DNA of 63,565 nucleotides, filler included, from Octopus bimaculoides (GCF_001194135.2; 8 parts of 7 records of this genome joined end to end with filler, not necessarily neighbours in it), one strand, 5' to 3'; shown: positions 51,687 through 63,535, numbered from the whole stretch's first letter. The notes: generated by a model not told the origin, from the sequence alone. Translations and numbers: made by a program.

Positions 51687-53224
51687 NNNNNNNNNNNNNN
51701 NNNNNNNNNNNNNNNNNNNNNNNNNNNNNNTTAATTAATTAANNNNNNNNNNNNNNNNNNNNNNNNNNNNNNNNNNNNNNNNNNNNATATATATATATAT
51801 ATACACATTCGTGTATATATATATATATATTTGTATATATATAATGAAAACTGCATTAAATCCTTAAGTGTTACTCGTAGGACAGACACAGAAGTATTCT
51901 AATTCTTCTGCAGTAAAAAAACCGAAATTTTAATACGCTGACTGAGAACTTCGCATATCAGAGGTAAAATATGCGGAGAATTAAGGCTCAAGCAAACAAA
52001 ATGATACAGAGTAGACGTCAAGAAATCTACGATTTTGATTGGATATATCCATGTGTGTGTGCGCGCGTAGTTTGTGTTTGTGTGTATGAAGATATATATA
52101 GAAATATAGATGTTTGTGTATTCCTTATAATGAATACTTTATCCTAGAAATGTTGCCATAAGTTGAAGGCTCAGAAAACGAAAATTAATTCTCTTCCTCG
52201 GGCTGTATTTTTCTGTATTGTTATGGGAATATCCTAGCAAATTATAAGCAAGGAAAATATATTACTAATTAGCAATCACAATTACTACTATATTCCCCAG
52301 GGCTGGAGATGTGACTGGGGTCAGCTATCACAGGTTGGGAAAGCTATGTAGAAGTTTTGTGTACCTGTGAACTAATAGCTCAATTAATTCTATAAACTAA
52401 CTTGATAAGATCCCACGATGTTTTATATCAATCTGCGCATATAGGTTTTAAAAGAGACGTGAAAAACAATTTTTTCCACGGAAAAAAATGTCTACTACTT
52501 GCCTAGAAAAAATGAAAGAATATCACATTTAATAAAGGTCTATCAAGATTAGAGAATGTTTCTTCAAGTGAAAACAGTAAACAAGTTTCTCGAAAAATAC
52601 GATAAGAAGACATTGATAAGTTCGTGCTGTCATTACGTAGAGTGAAAAAAGATCAAGAAACAGTAATGATGAGTGAAAAATATGAATAACTGAAGGAACA
52701 ATTAGAAATAAAATATAAACACAATTTAGCTATCTCCGTAACTAAAAAATTGCTTAAAAGACAATTACCTCACAAGCTGAGAGTCATTCTAACGACAAGA
52801 TGTGAAGGGAATATCTATATAACCATCTCCAACTCTGTTGTGCCTCGATAAGCATTCACCAACACAGGGGAAAAAATGGAGATCTGTCAAGACAAGAAAG
52901 AGAATAACGTAGCCTAAACGATCTTTCTCCAGATATACATCGACAGAATCAATAATAAATAGTGGACAATTAGACGCTATGGTAATTAGCGAAGTAAATG
53001 ATACTCACAATAACAGCCATACGGAATTTATAATATAATTCTAAATGTCAATGGGGAATTGTGACAGGAGAATGTAATGTGTAAGCCAAATTTTTCTAAC
53101 ACCCTCTCTCGAATTACGAGCGGAATGCCTCTACTCTCGTAAAGCTCTACTACCACGTTACACTATCCATACTCAATTTGAATGAAAGCCTATGAGATGC
53201 ATATTGGTGAATAGAAGAGCATAC

Positions 53225-53529
53225 CTGCAACGTCTTAAAAGATTCAGCCCCGGATGAACTGAAGTTTTGTTTTGTTTGTTTGTTTGTTTTTGTATCTGTG
53301 TAGCGGTTCATCTGTAATGTAAACCAACAACTGTGATGAAATGTAGTTAGGACAGATGCGAAGTTAACCCTCTGCACATGTCTCGACCGAAAATTTGATT
53401 CCTGATAATGGAACTCTGCTGACAGTTGTTGCAATATCATTGACGAGAAAATTATTTGGGAGAGACCTGACTGTCGCTTCTTAGTGTAGTTAGCGGCTAG
53501 GATTGGCCTGGTGGTGAAGATTCGCTTCC
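53225..53529 (-). other. Candidate spliced exon (host gene or lncRNA)
   Basis: Polypyrimidine tract + TAG|G acceptor at 53530/53529, CAG|GTATGC donor at 53225/53224, one frame open throughout; internal alternative acceptor TACAG|ATG at 53311. Product not recognised. Confidence 0.3.
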
Positions 53530-53872
53530 CTATCAAAAAGAAAACGCAATAAAAAAGCAAAGCAAGATATCATAATGAAGAATAACCCTCATGTAACTTA
53601 CAGACTAACAACTGCTCGAATTACACCAGTTGCTCACATCTAGGAAATGCATGCAACCGAGAATTACAGGAAAATAGCGTGTTTCAATATGATGCACGAG
53701 ACATACAAAGGTTACTAGAAAACTGTATTCTAGGATTACTGTAAAGCACAACGTGGTAACTGTCCGAAGGGACAAGCAGACGATATGCGTATGCGTATAC
53801 GTATATATATATACACACTCATACACATCCACATGTATATATAATGCATATATATACATTAACATATATATA

Positions 53873-53981
<109 letters not shown>

Positions 53982-54759
53982 AAAAATGCATGCATATATA
54001 TGTATGTATGTGTGTGTGTGTGTACATATACATACAGGCGTACGTATAAGTCTCTACATGAAACCGATTTTAACCTATGTACTAAATGATAAACGAGACG
54101 ATATAAAACCAATTCGGTTTCAAGGTCAATACTTTGTCTGGCTCTCATAATTCATTTCCTCTCAGATTGATTGCTCCTCCATCTGAAAGGAGATTTCGGA
54201 AAAGAAGCCTAATTGCCAGGATACCATAATTATAACAGGTAATTAAAAATATACGAGTGTTATAGCTATTTCCGATTAAACAATAATAGCGAATGTCAAC
54301 ATGATAATGATTTCTGCTGTCTCAATCGTTGACTGCTAATTATTCCATTGGTGGAGTTTACTGTGTGTTTGGAAAGGTGTGCAGTGCTGAAATTCATAGG
54401 AGGTAACGGTTATAATATATTTAGATCGATCAATCCATCATACATTGTGTCTATATGTTCTAGTCTTATTCAGCTATTCCATTTTTTCCTACATTGTACT
54501 TCACCTTGATATTAAATAGTGACAAAAAATATAATCAATATGAAACATCGTACTGAAAATAGTAAAACAGATTTAAAACAAATGAATATAAAGAAAAAAG
54601 GAAGGGCTTGAGGTAAAGGAGTTTGACAGATCAATAAATACAGCGTGATTGATTCATGACACGTTTCAGTCTCCCGAATACACACAGAAACGACTTCACT
54701 AAACTTTTATTCCTTGGTCTAAGTTAAGTGTATATATATGCGCGCCTGTATACATATAT

Positions 54760-54951
54760 ATGATGCCAAAGGTACCGTCCACTGCATCTCACATAAGAAC
54801 GAGATACTGCAGCAGCCTCGCTTTCAGAGGACCTCAGCTCTTCAATGCCCTGCCAAAACATTTGAGAGACATGCAAGACATGGGTGCGGAGGTCTTCAAG
54901 ACAAAACTTGACACTTTCCTGTCCACGATACCAGACGAACCAATGGCTCGT
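54760..54951 (+). mobile_element. CR1/L2-like LINE ORF2 C-terminus
   Basis: SLAFRGPQLFNALPKHLRD...FKTKLDTFLSTIPDEP, then a gap. Confidence 0.75.
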
Positions 54952-55429
54952 NNNNNNNNNNNNNNNNNNNNNNNNNNNNNNNNNNNNNNNNNNNNNNNNN
55001 NNNNNNNNNNNNNNNNNNNNNNNNNNNNNNNNNNNNNNNNNNNNNNNNNNNNNNNNNNNNNNNNNNNNNNNNNNNNNNNNNNNNNNNNNNNNNNNNNNNN
55101 NNNNNNNNNNNNNNNNNNNNNNNNNNNNNNNNNNNNNNNNNNNNNNNNNNNNNNNNNNNNNNNNNNNNNNNNNNNNNNNNNNNNNNNNNNNNNNNNNNNN
55201 NNNNNNNNNNNNNNNNNNNNNNNNNNNNNNNNNNNNNNNNNNNNNNNNNNNNNNNNNNNNNNNNNNNNNNNNNNNNNNNNNNNNNNNNNNNNTATATATA
55301 TATATATATATTGTTCTTCCATCATACTGGAACACCGCCTTAAAGGGTGTATATAAATTATCTTCGATCTGTCTACGACCTGGTCACTTGCATGTTCACA
55401 TTCTTCTCTACTCTAGACACAAGACCCGA

Positions 55430-55590
55430 AGTTTTGCTGGTGCGGGCCAGTCGATTAGATCCTATCCCAGTACGCAACTGGTACTTAATTTATCGACCAC
55501 GAAAAGGATGAAAGGCAAAGTCGACCTCTGCGGAATTTGATCTCAGAATGTAAAAACCGGCGAAATAACGCTGAGCATTTCGCCTTACAT
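55430..55590 (-). mobile_element. SINE family B
   Basis: Reverse complement of the 57743-57955 body. Confidence 0.8.
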
Positions 55591-56589
55591 TTACACATAG
55601 TCGCCCTGATACAAAATCGGGATGGTCATGATGACACCTACTGTCAGCTGAACGCTTTGCACTTAATGACTACTTCTACTTGCTTTATATCGAAGTCTAC
55701 GTTTTTTAAACATGTCTAAAATAGTATGACTCTCTAGAAACTCACTAACGATTGCTACTGTTTCATATCTATACGTGCATGTGTGTGTGTGTCTGTGTGT
55801 ATGTGTGTCTTTCTTCGAAGATATAGCTTTAATTTTTGTACTTATGTCTTGATAAATTATTTTATAACATCACGTTCAATATAACTGTGATATCAATATA
55901 ACTGTGATAACGTTTTTTCTTCGTCACGATGCGTTTTGCAACGCAACTATTTAATATTGAGTCTATAGTTACAACAGTTGGATATTTTTAATTCAACTTA
56001 TTCATTTTAATTAATGATTTACATTTTCTTCTGATATTATGCTTTACTACGCACAATTTTGACGCATTTATATAAAGTTTCTTCATTTTTGTGACACTTT
56101 CATCACTATTTTCTTCCCACGTTTTTTTTTACTTTCAATTCAAATGCGCTTAAATTAAAAGTGACATAAAATATTTTTTAATGTTTTTTCCCCCCATAAA
56201 ATGTTTTTTATACTTCTAACGCATTTTATCTCTTTTTCTCTCACTTCTTTCAGCTTGTATGATATATACATGTACTTAACGTATTAATCATTTACAGTGC
56301 TATGTTTGTGAAGCTTTCCATATTTTTGTTTTTACGCACTAAGCTTACGTAATGTAGATACACAAGACAAGTACGGTTTCATGAAATTTCCTAGAAATTT
56401 AACTCCCGCATTCACCACAGGAAGTACGTGAACGAATATCTGCAGCTTGGTCCTAGGAAAAATTAAGCAAATTTCCTGGAGATGACTGTTAAATCTGGTA
56501 ACCATGATTTACTATATTTGTTAAAAAGCGTTAAACATGTGCACATATTCTATCATAGTCAAATGCATGTCAAATATTTAACATTCCTT

Positions 56590-56782
56590 TCTACTCGAGG
56601 TACAAACCCCGACATTTTGAGGGAGGGGGCCAGTCGATTAGATGGACGCCAGTATTCAACTGGTACTGAATTTATCGACACCTAAAAGATGCAAATGAAA
56701 GTCGACCTCGCCGGAATTTGAACGCACAGCATAAAGACAGACGAAATACCGCCATGTATTTCGCCCGGCATGCTAACGTTTC
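56590..56782 (-). mobile_element. SINE family B lacking its first nucleotides
   Basis: Reverse complement of 57760-57950; head begins at gaaacgttagcatgc. Confidence 0.85.
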
Positions 56783-57052
56783 TTATTTCTTTATTGCCCA
56801 CAAGGGGCTAAACACAGAGGGGACAAACAAGAACAGACAAAGGCATGCTAACGTTTCTTGTTTCTTTATTGCCCACAAGGGGCTAAACATAGAGGGGACA
56901 AACAAGAACAGACAAAGGCATGCTAATGTTTCTTATTTCTTTATTGCACACAAGGGGCTAAACATAGAGGGGACAAACAAGAACAGACAAAGGCATGCTA
57001 ACGTTTCTTGTTTCTTTATTGCCCACAAGGGGCTAAACATAGAGGGGACAAA
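56783..57052 (-). repeat. 75-bp tandem array (3.6 copies, runs into a gap)
   Basis: Units start at 56783, 56858, 56933, 57008; each is a 60-nt LINE-like tail plus 15 nt of SINE B head. Confidence 0.95.
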
Positions 57053-57525
57053 NNNNNNNNNNNNNNNNNNNNNNNNNNNNNNNNNNNNNNNNNNNNTTAA
57101 TTAATTAANNNNNNNNNNNNNNNNNNNNNNNNNNNNNNNNNNNNNNNNNNNNAAATCCTACCAAGGTCAACTTTGCCTTTCATTCCTTTCGGAGTCGATA
57201 AAATAAAAGTACCAGTCAAGTACTGGCGTCAATGGGATCGACTTTGCCCCTTCCCTCAAAATTGCTAGCCTTCAACACTGCAACGGACCGGAGTCCAGTT
57301 CAAGGAAATGTGATCTCGATCACTTATATGACATGAAAACCAGGCAACAGGCATTATAGGACTAAAGAAATAAAGAAAAAGAAAAAGAAAGTTGGTTAGA
57401 CGAATTTTCTTTAATCACGTGGGATGGGAAAGGTTATAGCATGTCTGGTCTGTTACTTCATATTCCTTTAACAGCCATGTATGAGGTTAGAATTACGTCA
57501 CCGCAGAAATCTTTTTATATTTCGC

Positions 57526-57735
57526 AAGGCGGTGAGTTGGCAGAATCGTTAGCATGCCGGGCGAAATGCTTAGCAGTATTTCGTCTGTCTTTACGTTCTG
57601 AGTTCAAATTCTGCTGAGGTCGACTTTGCTTTTCATCCTTTCAGGGGTGGATAAGTTAAGTACCAGTTGCGTACTGCGGTCGTTCTAATCGACTGACCCC
57701 CTCCTCCAAAATTTCGGGCTTTGTGCAGAATAGAA
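57526..57735 (+). mobile_element. SINE family B
   Basis: ggcggtgagttggcagaatcgttagc head; gagttcaaattc B-box. Confidence 0.9.
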
Positions 57736-57742
57736 TATCAAA

Positions 57743-57955
57743 AGCGTCAAGCTGGCAGAAACGTTAGCGCGCCGGGCGAAATGCTTAGCGGTATTTCGTC
57801 TGTCGTTACGTTCTGAGTTCAAATTCCGCCGAGGTTGACTTTGCTTTTCATCCTTTCGAGGTCGATAAATTAAGTGCCAGTTGTGCACTGGAGTCGATCT
57901 AATCGACTGGCCCCCTCCCCCCAAATTTCGGGCCTTGTGCCTAGAGTAGAAAAAA
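57743..57955 (+). mobile_element. SINE family B, well preserved
   Basis: Tandem with the previous copy; same head, B-box and tail. Confidence 0.9.
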
Positions 57956-58329
57956 ATATTAGTGATTCGCAGCTAGTATGAATATTAGAGAAGGGAGCGA
58001 TTTCATGTAGGGACATAGACACAGTGAGGATGGATAATAAATACGGGCTAATATTGGTTTCAAATTTTGGCACAAGGCTAGCAAGATCGGGAGAGCGGGG
58101 TAAATCGATTACATCAACCCCAGTATTCAACGGGTATTCATCTTATCAACTCCGAAAGGATGAAAGGCAAAGTTATGGAGGAGGGAATAGGCGATTACAT
58201 CGACCCTAGTACGTGACTAGGACTTTATTTTATCGATCTCGGCAGAGCATATGGGGTTGTAATTCGCTGCATTTACGACTATGCCAATATATAATTCTTA
58301 TTTGAATAAACAGTATTAATTTCTGAGAT

Positions 58330-58735
58330 AGAGGCGAAGTTGCAAATTTGAAGGAGGGTATAATTGACTAAACCGATTCCAGCATTTGACTGATACTTAT
58401 TTTACAGGCTTCAGATGACTAAAAGTCAAAGTATATCTCAGAAACACGACTATCACAACCAGACTGGCAAATGCAAGATGGTCGCCTTCCTGGGACCTGG
58501 TGCCAAGCCAGGGACTCGGTCCTACATCTGTGACTGGCAGGCCTACTTGGGAACGCCGTTGATTACCCTGAATGGGGAAGGCCCTAGTAGCAAAATACCA
58601 CAAAGTATTTTATCCGTCACTCTAACATTTCTTCCAATCCACCGTCATTTTGTCCATCACTCAAATGATTCGCCCAATCCGCCGCCATTTTGTCCGCAAG
58701 TTAAACGATTCTGCCGACCACCGCCCTAAGTTAAA
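58330..58735 (-). mobile_element. Rearranged SINE B: triplicated head and ~140-bp insert in place of the B-box region
   Basis: 40-nt units at 58607-58646, 58647-58686, 58687-58725; GC-rich insert 58446-58590; SINE body 58330-58430. Confidence 0.6.
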
Positions 58736-59059
58736 TTAACGATATTGCCGGCCTATATAAGGTTGTTGCCTGTAAGTCTGTTAAAAATCTTCATGTTCTC
58801 CTCGGTAATTTAATTAGAATATTTCACATTTGCTTTTGCAGCACTAATGGATTTCCATAGATCTTCGTTTCAAGAAAGTTATAAAGGTAGTTCAAAGATT
58901 CGATACTTTATCAGTTAAACAAACAAATAAATAAACCAAGCTAATAAAAATCAGCTAAATATATAATAATGTACTTAAAAAAAATCGTTTTCTTTCTTCT
59001 CTTTTTTTTTCTCTTGTTAAACAGTTCTTTTCTAATTTTGACGATGTTTAAAAAGTAGG

Positions 59060-59560
59060 GGGAGATTACTCAAAATCACAACGCTTGCCACCACGGGCAA
59101 CTATCAGAAAATAATATTAGTCTCCTCACCCCAACCCGCGTCAACAACAACGGAAAACACAATACCCCACTACAACTTTTTACGATCGCCGTCTCTACCA
59201 CCACATCTACCTCCCCCCGCTCAGACGAAAGAACGACTGCACTAAAAAAATCACACCACGCACATACTGGTAAAAATGAACACACACACACACACACGCA
59301 CACACACACACGCACATAAAAGAAAAATGGCGTGAAAAAACACAAAACCCCGATACCGCGATCATCAGTAAAACAATTGAAACTAGCGTCATAGCTACAA
59401 GGACGACGACTATCACAACCAGACCGTCGAAAGCTAGAAGCGAAGCGACGGCACCTACAACAATGACAACAACAAAATCGATCCGTAACAACAATACATC
59501 CAACAATAGCAGCAACCGCCAGCCCCAACGCAACGCTACACAACTTCCTCGTGTCTCAAA
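59060..59560. promoter_or_regulatory. CpG-rich unique block (possible promoter or first exon)
   Basis: About 30 CpGs by manual count in ~520 bp, not assignable to a repeat family. Confidence 0.3.
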
Positions 59561-59602
59561 ATGCAGTTAATTTTTAATAGAATTCTTATCAANNNNNNNN
59601 NN

Positions 59603-59651
<49 letters not shown>

Positions 59652-59838
59652 TTATGTATGCGCTTGTGTATACATACACATATATGTACATACGTGTGTA
59701 TGTATATACATACATAGATATATATACTTATATATTTGCATACATGCACACACGCATACACACACACTCACACACACACACATATATATACATATATATG
59801 CATATATATGTATGTATACACGCATATATATATGCATA

Positions 59839-59899
<61 letters not shown>

Positions 59900-59999
59900 N
59901 NNNNNNNNNNNNNNNNNNNNNNNNNNNNNNNNNNNNNNNNNNNTTAATTAATTAANNNNNNNNNNNNNNNNNNNNNNNNNNNNNNNNNNNNNNNNNNNN

Positions 60000-62137
60000 A
60001 CGAACGATAGTACGTACGAAGGAACGTAATGAAGTAACGAACGTACGTACGTATGTACGTACAAACTAACGAACGAAAGAACGTACGACCGTATGTACGA
60101 ACGAACGAACAAACAAATGAAAGAACGAACGTACGTACGAACGAGCGAATGAACGAACGTACGTGCGTACGTAGGACCGAACGAACGTACGTATGAACGA
60201 ACGAACGTACATACGAACGAACGTATATACGTACGAACGAACAAATGTACGTACGAAGGAATGTACGTACGTACAAACGAACGAACGAAAGAACATACAA
60301 ATGAACGAAGGAACTAACGAACATACGTACGACCGAACGAACATACGTACAAACGAAACAACGAACGTACGTACGAATGTACGGACGAACGAACGAACAT
60401 ATGTACGTACGAACAAACGAATGAAAGAACGACGGAACGAACGTACGAACGAATGAACAATTGAACGAACGTACGTACGAATAAACTTACGTATGTACGA
60501 ACGAACGATAGTACGAACGAACGCAATGAAGGAACGAACAAACGTACGTACGCACGCACGAACGTACAAACGAACGAACATACGAACGAACGAATGCACG
60601 GACAAACGAACGAACGTACATACGAACGAGCGAATGAACGAACGAACGAACATACGTGCGAACGAACAAACGTACGATCGAACAAACGAACGAAAAACGT
60701 GCGTACGAACGAACAAACATGCGTTCGTTCGAACGAATGTACGTACGAACGAACGTATGTACGTACGAACGTATGTACGTACGAACGAACGAACGTATGT
60801 ACAAACTAACGTACGAACAAACGAACGTACGATCGAATAAACGTACGGACGAACAAACAAATGAAAGAACGAACGAGCGAATGAACAATTGAACAAATGA
60901 AAGAACGAACGAACTACGTATGGACGAACGAATAAACTTAAGTCCGTATGTACGAACGAACGAATAAATTTAAGTACGTATGTACGAACGAAGGAACGTA
61001 ATGAAGGAAGGAACGAACGAAAGATCGAACGTACGAACAAAAGAACGAACGTACGTACGAGCGAATGAACAACTGAACGAACGTATGTACGAACGAATAA
61101 AATACGTATGTACGAACGAACGATAGTACGTACGAACGAAGGAACGAAATGAAGGAACCAACGTACGAACGAACGAACGTACGTACGAATAAAATTACGT
61201 ATGTACGAACGAACGTAATGGAGGAACGAACGTACGTACATACGAACGAACGTACATACGAACGAACGAACGAACAAACACAAACAAACGAACATACGTA
61301 GGAACGAACGTACGTACGCACGATCGAAGGAACGTACGTACAAACTAACGAACGAAAGAACGTACGACCGTATGTACGAACGAACGAACAAACATGAAAG
61401 AACGAAAGTACGAACGAACGCACAAAGGAACGTACAAAAGAACGAACGTACGTACGAACGAATACACATACGTACGAACGAACGAATGAACATACGTACG
61501 AACGAAGGAACAAACGAACGTACGTATGAACGAACGTACGTACGAATAAACTTACGTTCGTACGTATGTACGAACGAACGATAGTACGTACGAAGGAACG
61601 TAATGAAGTAACGAACGTACGTATGTATGTACAAACAAACGAACGTACCTTCGAACAAACAAACGAAGAAACGAACGACCGAACGTACGTACGAATGAGC
61701 GAATGAACGAGCGTACGTAGGACCGAACGTACATACGTACGAACGAACGACTGTACGTATGAACGAACAAACGTACGTACGAACAAAAGAACGAACGTAC
61801 GTTTGAAGGAACGAACGTATGTACGAACAAACGAACGAAAGAACATACGAATGAATGTACAAACGAACGACGGAACTAACGAACGTACGAACAGACGTAC
61901 AAACGAACGAATTAACTTACGTGTGTACGAACGAACGAGGGAACGTAATGAAGGAACGAACGAACTAACTAACGAACGAACGTACATACGTACAAAAGAA
62001 CGAACGTACGTATGGACGAACGAATAAACTTAAGTACGTATGAACGAATGCACGTACGAACGTACGTACGAGCGAATGAACAATTGAACGAACGAATAAT
62101 CTTACGTACGTACAAACGAATGTACGTACGAACGAAC
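60000..62137. repeat. 2.1-kb CpG-dense (GAAC)/(GTAC) mosaic satellite
   Basis: 4-nt tokens GAAC, GTAC, AAAC, ATAC with recurring higher-order blocks; gaps on both sides. Confidence 0.95.
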
Positions 62138-62237
62138 NNNNNNNNNNNNNNNNNNNNNNNNNNNNNNNNNNNNNNNNNNNNTTAATTAATTAANNNNNNN
62201 NNNNNNNNNNNNNNNNNNNNNNNNNNNNNNNNNNNNN

Positions 62238-63230
62238 ATGGCCCAATATTCACGAATGAGGGGCTGCACCTGATGTCTCTTCTCTAGCCACCCCTGAATC
62301 ACCATCTGAGTAAGGAGCTGGAGTTCTTCATCTTTGCTGGTCTCTTGTTTGATTTGTTCCAGCTTTGTGTTTGTCACATTTACAATGTGGTGGACCTTTA
62401 CACTTAGTCCTTCCATCTCCTGTTTATCATGTGAGGATAGTCTGGCTGGTGATTTTGTGAGGTTTTTGATAGGCATATTTCTGTCAATCCTGCTTGGAGC
62501 TGCCTTCACTTCACCGTTGATTGACACACTATTAAGTTTTTGACGGGTATCGAGTCCAAGAACTGCAGGTCCTTCTGTTTTTGTGACATAAAAAGAACAC
62601 TTGATTATTTTTCCTCTGTGTGTCCCTGTAATGGTTGCTTTGCCCAGTTGTGGAATCCTGGTACCTCCGTATGCAGTGAGGATTACATCACTTGGTGTGA
62701 GGATTCCTTCTTTGACTTTCTGCTCATGTATCAAGTGTTCTAGGAACATCTTTTTGTAGAGGTTGACAGGTAAGATATTACTCTGGGCTCCAGTGTCAAT
62801 CTTCAGCTTCAGGTCAATGTATGTTCGTTTCCTGCCTGACTTCTTCTGAATTTCTATAGTTGTGTATGCCTCATTTTTCTTTTGGTTGTTATTTCCCATT
62901 TCATATATATTTATTATGCCGACTGCCAAGAATTCCTCCTCTGAAGTGTTTTCTTTGAGATGTTGGGCATGTACATCCCTTTGTTTTCTTTTTCCACTCC
63001 ATTTTGAAAATTGGGGCTTATATTTTTGAGATTTTGCTCGTCTGCACATTTTCCCCCAGTGGTTGGGTTTTCCACATGCTTTGCAGTGTGTACCGAATGC
63101 AGGACATTTCCTCAGGTCATTGAACTCATGCTCTGTACCACAGTACTGGCATATTCTCTGTTTGTGGGTTTGTTTCGTCCCACATCTAGATACAATATCT
63201 ACACTGCTGTCTGTTGTGTTTGTTTGCAGA
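62238..63230 (-). mobile_element. Gypsy-like LTR retrotransposon: gag zinc knuckles, aspartic protease, pre-integrase linker; RT/RNase H missing
   Basis: CQYCGTEH..KCPAFGTHCKACGKPNHWGKMC; KIDTGAQSNILP (DTGA at 62786-62797); AVLGLD; KLEQIKQETSKDEELQ...QGW...REYW. No stop in frame. Confidence 0.9.
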
Positions 63231-63235
63231 GTGAG

Positions 63236-63413
63236 TGAAGTATTAACAGTAACTTGCTTTTAGCCTCAGGAGGACATCTCCTTCAGCTGGCTTATCGACA
63301 CACTACTGTGTCCTGTTTGCCAAGGGGCTAAAAGCAACAGTAACCCCTAGGGGTCAGCCACACTTAAGTGGCAATATACTACACTTTATCGTGCAGTTAC
63401 TGTTAATACTTCA
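63236..63413. mobile_element. 178-bp element with perfect 19-bp inverted termini
   Basis: tgaagtattaacagtaact (63236-63254) / agttactgttaatacttca (63395-63413); inner tgcttttagcc/ggctaaaagca. Confidence 0.7.
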
Positions 63414-63535
63414 TTTAGAAAATTAACATTGCTTGTTTTCACCTTTTCGATATCAGTGAAGAATTTCACTGGAAAAGTATATATAAGATTGCCAGGAAGT
63501 TATCTCTCTCATCAAGGATCAGTGGCTATCGAACG

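Noticed and set aside
52100-53100. Possible Penelope N-terminal remnant
   Set aside because: Only vague similarity; no diagnostic motif could be read.
56783-57052. CRISPR-like array or 25-aa repeat protein (ORF 56718-57104)
   Set aside because: No unique spacers, eukaryotic context, and the unit is composed of retroelement pieces.
60066-61862. 598-aa minus-strand ORF (FVRS/YVRT-rich)
   Set aside because: Translation of the satellite; this strand has very few possible stop triplets, and overlapping frames give similar low-complexity ORFs.
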